A stretch of 64,000 nucleotides of DNA from Clostridia bacterium (GTDB taxonomy: Bacteria; Bacillota; Clostridia; CAKSNL01; HGM11501): positions 11,973 to 75,972 of the forward strand of contig JAZQAZ010000017.1 in NCBI GenBank assembly GCA_045545475.1, given 5' to 3'. The position numbers and the translations under genes are program-made. Shown here one piece after another: positions 17,561 through 27,767 of this stretch (position 1 is its first letter; every line of letters starts with the position of its first letter). The notes beneath the pieces were generated by a model that saw nothing but the letters and a program-made list of their open reading frames with translations, was not told the DNA's origin and searched no databases.

Positions 17561-19381
17561 ATGACAAAGGAACTTCTTGAAATTAAAAAAGACGGTTTTT
17601 ACTTAAACGGCGAAAAGTTTTACGTTGTATCCGGTGACATTCAGTATTTCAGAATCTATCCCACAGAATGGCACCGTCATTTTAAGCTGGCAAAGGATTT
17701 CGGACTTACCTGCATACAGACCTATGTGCCCTGGATGCTTCACGAGCCTGAAAAAGGAAAGTTTGATTTTACAGGCAGACTTGATATCTGTGCTTTCCTT
17801 GATATGGCGGCAGAATACGGCTTTAAGGTGTTGCTTCGTCCCGCTCCATACATCTGCGGAGAGTGTGAATTCGGCGGACTTCCGCCCTGGCTGCTCTTTG
17901 AGGATGATATCGAAATAAGAAGCCGTGACGAAAAGTACTTAAAGCACGTTGTTGAATACTATGATGTATTACTCCAAAAGGTACGCCCCTATCTTTCTAC
18001 CAATGGCGGTCCCATCATAATGGCGGCAATCGAAAATGAATATGGCGGTGCGGGCTATGATAAGGTTTATTTAAAGGCACTTTATGATATGTTAAGAGAA
18101 CGTGGAATTGACGTTCCTTTATACACCACAGATAACTCCCAGGCGATGCTTAACATCGGCGGTCTTGATAACGTAATGAAGGGCTCGAACTTCAGAGGCT
18201 ATGACGGTGAGGCTACAAGATTTGCAGACTATACCGAAAAAGCATTCCCGGACATTCCATTCTTTGTGGGAGAGCTTTGGGCAGGACGTGCTATTTACTG
18301 GGGGGAACCCTATCATAAGAGAGATCCTAAGCTTGCGGTGGATGCCTTTAAGGAATGCCTCGGACGCGGATTTGTAAACTTCTATATGTTCTCGGGCGGT
18401 ACAAACTTCGGATTTTCTTCCGGTGCAATAATCGGAAAGTCCTTTACGCCCCGCCCCGATACACCGGTAAGATTTATTGCCCACACCACAAGCTATGACG
18501 AGGATTCTCCTGTTTCCGAGGGCGGTATTCCCACGGAAAAGTATTATCTTTGCAGGGAGGCTCTTGATGAATTTTTAGGCAAAGAAGTAAGGAAGGACAG
18601 AACTTTTCCCTTCGATTACGAAGTGCAGACTCCTGAAATCAGGCTTACGGAATGTGCCCGTCTTTTTGACAATATAGATAATTTAACCGTTAATGAAATA
18701 GAGCGTCCCAATGTCAGAACTATGGAATACTTAAAGCAGCAGCGCGGATTTATAATGTACTCAACAGACATTGAAACCTGGGAAACTGCAGAAAGCTATC
18801 GTCTTACACTTGTCGGTGTTCATGACCGAGCTGTTGTGTTTGACAATGAAAATTTCATTGGCGAAGTGCTCAGAGGAAGAAAGGAAGAGTCTCTCATGGT
18901 TGATATGAAGGGCAGAAGCCCCCATATCGACATACTGGTTGAGGATATTGCAAGACTTAACACCACCAAGGAAATCGACAACGACAGAAAGGGTATTACC
19001 CGTTATGTAATGTTTGATGCCGCAAAGCTTTACGGCTGGAAGATGCGCTCACTTCCCATGGAGGATATTTCAAAGGTAGAGTATAAAAAGGCAGACGATT
19101 TCACCTTTAAGGAAAACGATCCCATATTCTATAAGGGTACCTTCGATGCCAAGGCAGGCGTTGATACCTATCTTGATATGAGGTCATGGGAGAGAGGCTT
19201 TGTTGTAATTAACGGCTTCAACCTCGGTCGTTTCTGGGGCGTTGGCCCTCAGTATACCCTTTTTGTACCCGGAGGACTTCTTAAAGATAAGGACAATGTA
19301 ATTGAAATCTTCGAGGTGAGTCCCAAGGAGAAAAAAGAAATGGTAGGAACATTAACAGAGCCCATTATGGAAGGCGACTGA
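17561..19381 (+). CDS. GH35 beta-galactosidase-like protein
   Basis: TYVPW..HEP, RPAPYICGE..FGGLP.WL, IENEYG, YMFSGGTNFG, NGFNLGRFW. Confidence 0.9.
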   Translation: MTKELLEIKKDGFYLNGEKFYVVSGDIQYFRIYPTEWHRHFKLAKDFGLTCIQTYVPWMLHEPEKGKFDFTGRLDICAFLDMAAEYGFKVLLRPAPYICGECEFGGLPPWLLFEDDIEIRSRDEKYLKHVVEYYDVLLQKVRPYLSTNGGPIIMAAIENEYGGAGYDKVYLKALYDMLRERGIDVPLYTTDNSQAMLNIGGLDNVMKGSNFRGYDGEATRFADYTEKAFPDIPFFVGELWAGRAIYWGEPYHKRDPKLAVDAFKECLGRGFVNFYMFSGGTNFGFSSGAIIGKSFTPRPDTPVRFIAHTTSYDEDSPVSEGGIPTEKYYLCREALDEFLGKEVRKDRTFPFDYEVQTPEIRLTECARLFDNIDNLTVNEIERPNVRTMEYLKQQRGFIMYSTDIETWETAESYRLTLVGVHDRAVVFDNENFIGEVLRGRKEESLMVDMKGRSPHIDILVEDIARLNTTKEIDNDRKGITRYVMFDAAKLYGWKMRSLPMEDISKVEYKKADDFTFKENDPIFYKGTFDAKAGVDTYLDMRSWERGFVVINGFNLGRFWGVGPQYTLFVPGGLLKDKDNVIEIFEVSPKEKKEMVGTLTEPIMEGD

Positions 19382-19385
19382 TATT

Positions 19386-19423
19386 AATACTCCCAATCAC
19401 TTGTGATTGGGAGTATTTTTTTT
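19386..19423 (+). terminator. Intrinsic terminator
   Basis: AATACTCCCAATCAC/GTGATTGGGAGTATT plus T-tract. Confidence 0.88.
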
Positions 19424-19454
19424 AGTTTCGGAAAAACTTTCGATTCAAAACCTA

Positions 19455-19483
19455 TTGACATGATAAACGAAAAAAAGTATAAT
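19455..19483 (+). promoter_or_regulatory. SigA promoter of the GH39 triplet
   Basis: TTGACA-17-TATAAT. Confidence 0.85.
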
Positions 19484-19521
19484 GTGCCTATAAAGGAAAA
19501 AAGAAAACGGAGGAATGGAAA

Positions 19522-20844
19522 GTGGCTAAAATAACGGCGGATTTTACGAAAATAACAGGCAGAATAAAGCCGATGCACGGCGTGGGACAGCCTCCCATAA
19601 CGGGACTTACCAACGAAATGTTTCATTACCTTAAGGAAGCGGGGATTCCTTATGCCCGTCTTCACGATGTCGGAGGAATGTTCGGAGGCGGCTGCTTTGT
19701 TGATATTCCGAATCTTTTTCCCGACTTTGATGCAGATGTAAAAGATCCGGCAAGCTATACTTTTGAATTTACCGACAAATTAATCGAAGGTCTTATGGAA
19801 AACGGCTGTGAGCCCTTCTTCCGTCTCGGCATAACCATAGAAAATTATGTTGATGTAAGAGCATACAGGGTTGACCCGCCCAAGGATTTTGATAAGTGGG
19901 CGAGAATCTGTGAGCAGGTTATAAGGCACTATAACGAAGGCTGGGCAAACGGCTATAACTATGATATAAAATACTGGGAAATATGGAATGAGCCTGAAGG
20001 AAAGGCTATGTGGAACGCACCGTTTTCAGAATACTGCCGTTTATATGATATTACAAGCAAGCACTTAAAGGAGTGCTTTGGCGATAAAATAAAGGTGGGT
20101 GGTTATGCCTCCTGCGGATTTTACGCCCTTGATAAGGATCTTGAAATGACGGGAATCGGCCTTGATCCTTCCAACACTATGGAACGTTATATAAAAAACT
20201 TCTACACCTTTATGGAATATGTGTCGGAGCACAAATGTCCTCTTGACTTTTTCTCCTGGCATTCTTATTCTGCCGTTCACGCTGTAAAGCGCTATGGGGA
20301 GTACAGCCATAAAATCCTCGAAAAGTACGGCTATGGCAATATTGAAGAAATATTGAACGAATGGAACCCCTGCCACACTATGGAGAATAAAAAAGGCGGC
20401 TGGGCGGCGGCACAAAATCTTGCTATGATGCTCGGTATGCAAAAGAGCACCCTTACCATGATGAATTATTACGATGCAAGATGCGGCAGCTCTATTTTCT
20501 CCGGGATGTTCAATCCTGATACAAAGAAGCCCTATCCCAACTACTACGGCTTTATGTCCTTCAACAGCTTATATAGGCTTGAAAACGAAATAGAGGCAGA
20601 ATCTGATGATGCCAACCTTTTTGTAGGCGGAGCAACAGACGGCAAGAAGAAGGTTTTACTTCTTTCCAATATCAACGGAACGGAAACAGAAACCGAGTTT
20701 TGCATAAATGGTGCCGACATTTCGGATGTTGAAATTTTAATGATTAATGACGAATATGAATATTCTCCCACGGGCAAAGAATTTGTTGACGGAAAGCTTG
20801 TGATTCCTCCGCATACCTGCGTGGAAATCAAGTTTTATGCATAA
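19522..20844 (+). CDS. GH39-like glycoside hydrolase
   Basis: ARLHD, WEIWNEP, DFFSWH, ILNEWN. Confidence 0.8.
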   Translation: MAKITADFTKITGRIKPMHGVGQPPITGLTNEMFHYLKEAGIPYARLHDVGGMFGGGCFVDIPNLFPDFDADVKDPASYTFEFTDKLIEGLMENGCEPFFRLGITIENYVDVRAYRVDPPKDFDKWARICEQVIRHYNEGWANGYNYDIKYWEIWNEPEGKAMWNAPFSEYCRLYDITSKHLKECFGDKIKVGGYASCGFYALDKDLEMTGIGLDPSNTMERYIKNFYTFMEYVSEHKCPLDFFSWHSYSAVHAVKRYGEYSHKILEKYGYGNIEEILNEWNPCHTMENKKGGWAAAQNLAMMLGMQKSTLTMMNYYDARCGSSIFSGMFNPDTKKPYPNYYGFMSFNSLYRLENEIEAESDDANLFVGGATDGKKKVLLLSNINGTETETEFCINGADISDVEILMINDEYEYSPTGKEFVDGKLVIPPHTCVEIKFYA

Positions 20845-20854
20845 GGAGAGCACT

Positions 20855-22177
20855 ATGACTAAAATAAAAGCTGATTTTACAAAGATAACAGGAAAGATAA
20901 AGCCGATGCACGGCGTGGGACAGCCGCCTATGAACTTTGGCTCGGAAGAGCTTTTCCACTATCTTAAAGAAGCGGGCATTCCGTACTCCCGCCTTCACGA
21001 TGTGGGCGGATGGCTTGGTGGAGGACTTTATGCCGACATTCCAAATCTTTTCCCCGACTTTGATGCGGACGAAAATGACCCTGCCAATTACACCTTTGAA
21101 TTTACGGATATGCTCATCGGTTATCTTATGAAAGTGAACTGTGAGCCTTTCTTCCGCCTTGGCGTAACCATTGAAAACCGCTGGGATTTACGCTCTTTTC
21201 GTGTATTTCCTCCCAAGGACTTTCATAAGTGGGCAAGAATTTGCGAGCACGTTATAAGACACTATAACGAAGGCTGGGCAAACGGCTTTACATACGGAAT
21301 AGAATATTGGGAAATATGGAACGAGCCTGAAGGAAACCCCATGTGGCAAGGAACCTTTGAAGAGTACTGCGAGCTTTACGATATATCAAGCAAGCATCTT
21401 AAAAACTGCTTTGGCGATAAGATAAAGGTAGGCGGCTATGCCTCCTGCGGATTTTATGCCATCGACAAGGACCCTGATATGACAGGCATCGGGCTTGATC
21501 CGAAAAATACAAAAGAAAGCTACCTGGTAAACTTTCATAACTTTATGAAATATGTGTCCGAGCACAAATGCCCTCTTGACTTTTTCTCCTGGCATTCCTA
21601 TTCTGCTGTTCACGATGTTAAAAGATATGCTTCTTATTGTCACAGCGTTCTTGAAAAATTCGGCTACGGCAATATTGAAGAAATCATAAACGAGTGGAAC
21701 CCCTGCCATACCATAAAAAATAAACGTGGCGGCTGGGCGGCGGCACAAAACCTTGCGATGATGCTTGGTATGCAGAAATCTTCCGTCACTATGATGCATT
21801 ATTACGATGCACAAATAAGCTATTCCATTTTCTCAGGAATGTTCAATCCTGACCTTGGAATTCCTTATCCCAACTACTACGGCTTTATGTCCTTTAACAG
21901 TTTATATAAGCTTAAAGACGAGGTTTTCACAGAAACGGACGATGAAAATTTATTCATAGCCGGTGCGACAAACGGAAAGAAAAAGGTTCTTGTTATGTCA
22001 AACATCAACAATAAGGAAATAACGGCAGAGTTTGACATAACCGGGGCGGATGTTTCAGACGTTGACATATTTATGATAAATGACGAATACACTTACACGC
22101 TTACAGGCAAGGAAATAGTTGACGGAAAGCTTGTAATTCCCGCCAACACCTGCGTGGAAATTAAATTTTATAATTAA
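20855..22177 (+). CDS. GH39-like glycoside hydrolase (close tandem paralog of the previous gene)
   Basis: SRLHD, WEIWNEP, IINEWN; long identical blocks shared with the 19522 protein. Confidence 0.8.
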   Translation: MTKIKADFTKITGKIKPMHGVGQPPMNFGSEELFHYLKEAGIPYSRLHDVGGWLGGGLYADIPNLFPDFDADENDPANYTFEFTDMLIGYLMKVNCEPFFRLGVTIENRWDLRSFRVFPPKDFHKWARICEHVIRHYNEGWANGFTYGIEYWEIWNEPEGNPMWQGTFEEYCELYDISSKHLKNCFGDKIKVGGYASCGFYAIDKDPDMTGIGLDPKNTKESYLVNFHNFMKYVSEHKCPLDFFSWHSYSAVHDVKRYASYCHSVLEKFGYGNIEEIINEWNPCHTIKNKRGGWAAAQNLAMMLGMQKSSVTMMHYYDAQISYSIFSGMFNPDLGIPYPNYYGFMSFNSLYKLKDEVFTETDDENLFIAGATNGKKKVLVMSNINNKEITAEFDITGADVSDVDIFMINDEYTYTLTGKEIVDGKLVIPANTCVEIKFYN

Positions 22178-22188
22178 GGAGAGTTTTT

Positions 22189-23535
22189 ATGAACAGTGTA
22201 AAGGTTGACTTTTCCAAAATCAAAGGCGAAATGAAGGCACTTCACGGTGTATGCTGTGCACCATATTCCATTAATGCCGGTCCCAATCAGGGAGCGATTG
22301 ACAAATACTTCAAACAGGGGCATATTCCTTATTGCCGTCTTCACGACTGCACCGGCGGCTATGGCGGAACATACTTTATTGATATTCCCAATGTGTTCCC
22401 CGATTTTGATGCGGACGAAAACGATCCCGCAAATTATGATTTCCATTACAGCGATGAATACATAAAGGCAATCCAGGATTCCGGCTGCGAAGCTTACTAC
22501 CGCCTTGGTGTTACGATTGAGTGGGGAAGTAAAAAATATACTTCTGTTATGCCTTCTGACTTTTCAAAGTGGGCAAGAATTTGCGAACATATAATAATGC
22601 ACTATAACAAGGGTTGGGCAGACGGCTTTGAATATGACCTTAAATACTGGGAAATATGGAACGAGCCCGAAAACCCGGGAAATCAGTGGGGCCCCTGCCA
22701 GTGGAGCGGAACAAAAGAAGAGTTTTATGACCTTTACAGAGTATCTTCCAAATACCTTAAGGAAAAGTTTCCTGAAATTAAAATCGGAGGCTATGGCTCC
22801 TGTGGCTTTTACGCTGTTACAAGGGAGAAAATTCCTGAAGGACATAAGACCTTTGTGCCTTACTTTACAGACTTCCTCAAAATGATAAAGGAAGAAAAAC
22901 TTCCTCTTGACTTCTTTTCCTGGCATATTTATACCGGCGATGAGCTTGAATTACTTGCTCACGCAAAGTATGTAAGGGAGACACTTGATTCATATGGCCT
23001 TAATGAAACAGAGTCTCATCTTAATGAATGGAACATCCACGCCGAGGGAAGAGGCTTCCCCTCTAAGCACACAATGGAAGGTGCAAGCTTCAATGCGGCA
23101 GTTCTTTCAATGCTTCAGGAAACTCCCTATCTTGATAAGGCGATGTATTATGCTTTTCAGTATAGGACAGGCTACAACGGATTTACTAACCCCATCACTC
23201 ATGAAGCGCAGTATCCCTGGTTCTCCTTTGTGGCATTCGGCGAGCTTTATTCCCTTAAAAATCACGTTGATGTAGCTGTGGAAGGTGAGTACATCTATGC
23301 AACTGCGGCAACAAACGGAAAAACTTCCGGCGTTCTTTTATCGAACTTCAAAAACGAGGATGGCGTAATTAAAACCGAGCTTACGGGAATCCCCGAAAAT
23401 GCAACGGTTACACTTTACCGTATAAGAGAGGGAGAAATGCTTAAGGAGGATTTCTCTGTTTCTGCATCGGGAAATCTCGCACTTAAGATAAACCTTCCAT
23501 TATGGCAGGTAGCATACTTAAAAATAGAAGCATGA
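22189..23535 (+). CDS. GH39-like glycoside hydrolase
   Basis: CRLHD, WEIWNEP, DFFSWH, HLNEWN. Confidence 0.8.
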   Translation: MNSVKVDFSKIKGEMKALHGVCCAPYSINAGPNQGAIDKYFKQGHIPYCRLHDCTGGYGGTYFIDIPNVFPDFDADENDPANYDFHYSDEYIKAIQDSGCEAYYRLGVTIEWGSKKYTSVMPSDFSKWARICEHIIMHYNKGWADGFEYDLKYWEIWNEPENPGNQWGPCQWSGTKEEFYDLYRVSSKYLKEKFPEIKIGGYGSCGFYAVTREKIPEGHKTFVPYFTDFLKMIKEEKLPLDFFSWHIYTGDELELLAHAKYVRETLDSYGLNETESHLNEWNIHAEGRGFPSKHTMEGASFNAAVLSMLQETPYLDKAMYYAFQYRTGYNGFTNPITHEAQYPWFSFVAFGELYSLKNHVDVAVEGEYIYATAATNGKTSGVLLSNFKNEDGVIKTELTGIPENATVTLYRIREGEMLKEDFSVSASGNLALKINLPLWQVAYLKIEA

Positions 23536-23539
23536 TTAT

Positions 23540-23571
23540 AAGGAGATACTTTTAATAAGTATCTCCTTTTT
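23540..23571 (+). terminator. Intrinsic terminator
   Basis: AAGGAGATACTT/AAGTATCTCCTT plus T-tract. Confidence 0.8.
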
Positions 23572-23575
23572 ATAA

Positions 23576-23639
23576 GTGACAAAATTACATGTTTTGGTGA
23601 CATATTTCTATTGCTTTTTTTTATGCAAAGCGGTATACT
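23576..23639 (+). promoter_or_regulatory. Promoter with a 21-bp-period direct repeat upstream
   Basis: GTGACAAAATT (23576) and GTGACATATTT (23597); TTGCTT-17-TATACT. Confidence 0.55.
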
Positions 23640-23659
23640 TTAAAAAGGAGGTGGGATTT

Positions 23660-25207
23660 GTGTCCGGAAATTTGTTTAAGTGGCTTGACTATTGCGATGA
23701 TATAAGATATTACTGTGACGAAGAAGACAGAGGAGATGCAAAAGTTAAGTTTTATTCCCACGGCGAAACGATGGAAATGTATGTTGCCGCAGAAAAAAGC
23801 CGTGTGCGGAAGATTGAACTGAGATGGAAAAGAAAAACGGAGCATCCCGTATATGTTTTAGGCGATTCCTGGGAGAGAGCCTGCGGAAACCTTTCCTGGC
23901 ACCCCTTAAGCGGTGAGCGTGCTATGCCATGGTATTTCCTGGCAACTGACGGAAGCAGGACATTGGGTGTAGGTGTTAAGACAGGAGCATCAAGTTACGT
24001 ATGCTTTTCGTGTGATGCATCGGGTATAACTGCGTCGGTTGATTTAAGGTGCGGCGGAGTCGGAGTTGACCTTTCGGGAAGAGAAATTCTTGCCTGCACC
24101 TTCTTTAGCAAAGTATATTACGATATTTCGCAATTTGAAGCAGCAAAGGAATTCTGCCGCCTTTTATGTGACAATCCCATACTTCCGAAAGAGCCTGTTT
24201 ACGGCGGCAATAACTGGTATTATGCTTACGGCAAATCAAGCTATGAAGAAATTATGGCAGATGCCCGTTTGATAGCACACCTTGCGGGAGACAACAAAAA
24301 CCGCCCATTTATGGTAATAGATGACGGCTGGCAGATTAATCCCTGCGACGGACCATGGCTACCCAATGAAAAGTTTGGCGACATGAAAAAGATTGCCGAC
24401 GAATTCAAAGCTATGGGTGTACGCCCTGGAATATGGTTCCGCCCACTTATGAATACCGCTGTTCAGGCGGAGCATCCCGACTGGTGTCTTGTCAGAGGAA
24501 ATTCGCGGTGTCTGGATCCGTCTCATCCCGAGGTTAAGAAGCTAATAAAGGAAGATGTTGAAAGAATAAAAAGCTGGGGCTTTGAGCTTATCAAGCACGA
24601 TTTTACTAACTTTGATGTAAACGGAAGCTATTCGTATGACCTTAAAGGAAGCATAACTAATTTTTCGGGATGGTCATTTTATGATAATAAAAAGACCGGT
24701 GCGGAAATTTTAAGGGAGCTTTATAAGCTCATAAAGGAAACTGCTGGAGATATATACATTATCGGCTGTAACACATCACCTCACCTTTGTGCAGGATATG
24801 TGGAGATAAACCGCGTGGGAAATGACACCAGCGGTAAGATGTGGAACTATAACAGAAAGAACGGACTTAATTCTCTTGCGTTCAGGCTTTGTCAGGACAA
24901 TGCTTTTTACAAGGTGGATGCCGACTGTGTGGGAATATTTGGAGATAACATCCCCTGGGAATTGAACCGTCAGTGGCTTGATATTTTATCAAGAAGCGGA
25001 ACACCTCTGTTTGTGGCAGTCGAGCCTTCGGCTATGACTCCGCAAATGGAGAGGGACTTAAAGGAAGCCTTCAGAATAAATTCCCTTCAGGAGGATGTGG
25101 CAGAACCCCTTGACTGGATGTATAACACCAGCCCTCAAAACTGGATGATAAACGGACAACGGTATGAATATGACTTTTTTATGGATGAATATCCCGAAAT
25201 AAAGTGA
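23660..25207 (+). CDS. Clan GH-D (GH27/GH36-like) alpha-glycosidase
   Basis: NNWY, VIDDGWQ, PGIWFRP, LIKHDF, RVGND; GTG start after AGGAGG. Confidence 0.75.
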   Translation: MSGNLFKWLDYCDDIRYYCDEEDRGDAKVKFYSHGETMEMYVAAEKSRVRKIELRWKRKTEHPVYVLGDSWERACGNLSWHPLSGERAMPWYFLATDGSRTLGVGVKTGASSYVCFSCDASGITASVDLRCGGVGVDLSGREILACTFFSKVYYDISQFEAAKEFCRLLCDNPILPKEPVYGGNNWYYAYGKSSYEEIMADARLIAHLAGDNKNRPFMVIDDGWQINPCDGPWLPNEKFGDMKKIADEFKAMGVRPGIWFRPLMNTAVQAEHPDWCLVRGNSRCLDPSHPEVKKLIKEDVERIKSWGFELIKHDFTNFDVNGSYSYDLKGSITNFSGWSFYDNKKTGAEILRELYKLIKETAGDIYIIGCNTSPHLCAGYVEINRVGNDTSGKMWNYNRKNGLNSLAFRLCQDNAFYKVDADCVGIFGDNIPWELNRQWLDILSRSGTPLFVAVEPSAMTPQMERDLKEAFRINSLQEDVAEPLDWMYNTSPQNWMINGQRYEYDFFMDEYPEIK

Positions 25208-25224
25208 CGAAAGGATAGAGGAAA

Positions 25225-26796
25225 ATGGTAGATATTTTAAGAAATCCCGACCTTGTTAAAATTTACTGTGACGAGGAAAATGTTGATACAAAGGTAGAGT
25301 TTGAAACGGAAGACAGAAAATTAAAGATTTTTGTCACGGCAAATGAAAGCCGCCCCAGAATGATTTGTCTTCGCTGGTACTATAAAACCGAAGAAGCCGT
25401 TTCTGTTATGGGCGATAAGTGGGAGAGAGCTTACGGCGATATGACCTGGCACTCACTTAACGGCGAAACCTTTATGCCCTGGTACTTTATTGTAAATAAC
25501 GGTAAGGACAATGCATGCTGCGGCGTAATGACAGGCTGCTCAAGCTTTGTGTCCTTTCAGTACGATGCATCGGGCGTAACTGCCTGGGTTGATGTCCGCT
25601 GCGGCGGCGTTGGCGTTGATTTATCGGGACGCACTCTTTTGGCCTGCACAGTAGTTTGCGAGCATTATGAAAATATGTCAGCTTTTAATGCGGCAAAGGC
25701 GTTTTGCCGTGTGATGTGCGAAAACCCCATACTTCCAAAGGAGCCTGTTTACGGAAGCAACAACTGGTATTACGCTTACGGCAAATCAAGCTATGAGGAA
25801 ATTATGGAGGATGCAAAATTAATTTCCCGTATCGCAGGCGAAAATAAAAATCGTCCATTTATGGTAATTGACGACGGATGGCAGATTAATTCCTGCGACG
25901 GTCCCTGGCTTCCCAACGAAAGATACGGCGATATGAAAAAGGTTGCTGACGGCTTTAAGGAAATGGGAATCCGCCCCGGTATCTGGTTCCGTCCTCTCCA
26001 CAGTTCCACAGTTGAAAAAGAACATCCTGAATGGCTTATTAACAGAAACACAATGAAGTTTTTAGACCCCTCTCATCCTGAGGTTAAAAAGCTCATCAAG
26101 GAGGACATTGAAAGAATCGTTGGCTGGGGATATGAGCTTATTAAGCACGATTTTTCCCAGTGCGATATGTTCGGTCACTTCGGATGGGACTTAAATGGAA
26201 GTATCACAAACTACAAGGACTGGTCCTTCTATGACCGTAAAAAGACAAGTGCGGAAATCACTCTTGATTTCTATCGCCTGATAAGAGAAACTGCAGGAGA
26301 TACATATATAATCGGATGTGATACTGTAAGCCATCTTTCGGCAGGCTTAGTTGAAATCAGCCGTGTGGGTACTGATACCAGCGGAAGATGCTGGTCTGTT
26401 ACACGAATGAACGGCGTAAACTGCCTTGCCTTCAGAATGTGTCAGAACGATGCATTTTACAAGGTGGATGCCGACTGTGTAGGCCTTATGGCGGATAATA
26501 TTCCATGGAAACTGAACCGTCAGTGGCTTGATCTTCTCTCAAAAAGCGGCTCGCCCCTTTTTGTTTCAATGCAGCCTTCTGTAATAACACCGGAGATTTT
26601 TGAAGACCTTAAAAAGGCATTTAAGATTAACTCCATCCAGGAAGATGTGGCAGAGCCACTTGACTGGATGTATAACAATCAGCCTCAGAAGTGGCTTATA
26701 AACGGGGAAGAGGTAGAGTACGATTTTGTTATGGACAGCCCTCCGAGACTTTTAGGATATAAGATAGGCGACTTAAGCTCAACAAATATGTTTTAA
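25225..26796 (+). CDS. Clan GH-D (GH27/GH36-like) alpha-glycosidase, tandem paralog
   Basis: Same motifs: VIDDGWQ, LIKHDF, RVGTD. Confidence 0.75.
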   Translation: MVDILRNPDLVKIYCDEENVDTKVEFETEDRKLKIFVTANESRPRMICLRWYYKTEEAVSVMGDKWERAYGDMTWHSLNGETFMPWYFIVNNGKDNACCGVMTGCSSFVSFQYDASGVTAWVDVRCGGVGVDLSGRTLLACTVVCEHYENMSAFNAAKAFCRVMCENPILPKEPVYGSNNWYYAYGKSSYEEIMEDAKLISRIAGENKNRPFMVIDDGWQINSCDGPWLPNERYGDMKKVADGFKEMGIRPGIWFRPLHSSTVEKEHPEWLINRNTMKFLDPSHPEVKKLIKEDIERIVGWGYELIKHDFSQCDMFGHFGWDLNGSITNYKDWSFYDRKKTSAEITLDFYRLIRETAGDTYIIGCDTVSHLSAGLVEISRVGTDTSGRCWSVTRMNGVNCLAFRMCQNDAFYKVDADCVGLMADNIPWKLNRQWLDLLSKSGSPLFVSMQPSVITPEIFEDLKKAFKINSIQEDVAEPLDWMYNNQPQKWLINGEEVEYDFVMDSPPRLLGYKIGDLSSTNMF

Positions 26797-26798
26797 TA

Positions 26799-26834
26799 AA
26801 TAAAGGAAGGAATTAAAAAATTCCTTCCTTTATT
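26799..26834. terminator. Bidirectional terminator
   Basis: AATAAAGGAAGGAA/TTCCTTCCTTTATT between convergent genes. Confidence 0.75.
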
Positions 26835-26839
26835 ATATA

Positions 26840-27511
26840 TTATTTACAAAATACGTGCTTGCCGATGGTGGTTATGACTGGGCGACTTCGTATCCATTTG
26901 TTTGTTGCGGTTTTTGGGTTGTAATAGTAAATGGCACCGCCTGTCGGGTCCCAACCGTTTAAGGCATCCTTGGCGGCACGGATACAGCTTGCGGTAACAG
27001 CGGCGTTAATCTGTCCGTCGTCCACGGCGGTAAAAGCCTGAGGCTGATAAATCACCCCGGCTATGGTGTTTGGAAAGGACGGATGCTCCACTCTGTTTAA
27101 TACCACGGCACCTACTGCCACCTGTCCTTCATAGGTTTCCCCCCGTGCTTCACCGTTTATAATGCGGGCAAGCAGATTTACATTGGCGGAGGAAGAGGAG
27201 GAAGAAGATGAACCTGTAGGAAGGCCAATGGCGGCTAAGGTGGCGTTTCCTGCAATACCGTCTGCTTTAAGACCGTTAGCTCTTTGGAATTTTATTACCG
27301 CATTTTTCGTCTGCTGTCCGTAAACGCCGTCAACGCTTCCTTTATAATATCCCCACTCCTTTAAGCGTGATTGGATGTTTCTTACTTCAGTTCCCTTACT
27401 TCCTATTTTGGAAAGAGCAGAAAGGGGAGATGCGTCTTCGTATGTTATAAAGGAAAAGGCGACAACCAGAGCCATAAGACCAAAGAATATTCTGTTTCTT
27501 ATTTTTTTCAT
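26840..27511 (-). CDS. sleB: Spore cortex-lytic enzyme
   Basis: Signal peptide, PG-binding domain (DGVYG, DGIAG), GEARGE.YEGQVAVGAVVLNRV, GKHVFC. Confidence 0.92.
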   Translation of the reverse strand: MKKIRNRIFFGLMALVVAFSFITYEDASPLSALSKIGSKGTEVRNIQSRLKEWGYYKGSVDGVYGQQTKNAVIKFQRANGLKADGIAGNATLAAIGLPTGSSSSSSSSANVNLLARIINGEARGETYEGQVAVGAVVLNRVEHPSFPNTIAGVIYQPQAFTAVDDGQINAAVTASCIRAAKDALNGWDPTGGAIYYYNPKTATNKWIRSRPVITTIGKHVFCK

Positions 27512-27732
27512 TATTAATACCTCTGTGAAGTGATTTTTCGTTAGTTTTTGTGAATTCTGATAAAATATACATATTAATCCCTTGCGAAATATCGGAAAAC
27601 GTGTTATAATAACCGATATAGAGGCGGATTTTATATAAAAACTCTGTCTTTATAGTAATCTTGCACAAAAAGTTTTCTGAAAAACTGTATTTCTGACGAA
27701 TTTTACAAAATATAAAAAATGTTAAAAAATAG

Positions 27733-27761
27733 TTGACAAACGGTGGTTTACATGGTATACT
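27733..27761 (+). promoter_or_regulatory. SigA promoter of the S10 cluster
   Basis: TTGACA-17-TATACT with TGn. Confidence 0.85.
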
Positions 27762-27767
27762 CATAGA

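Noticed and set aside
19522-22177. Assembly duplication of a GH39 gene
   Set aside because: The copies differ throughout at synonymous and non-synonymous sites
27540-27572. Forespore sigma (SigF/SigG) promoter for sleB
   Set aside because: GTATA...AAAACTA on the minus strand is plausible but too degenerate to call
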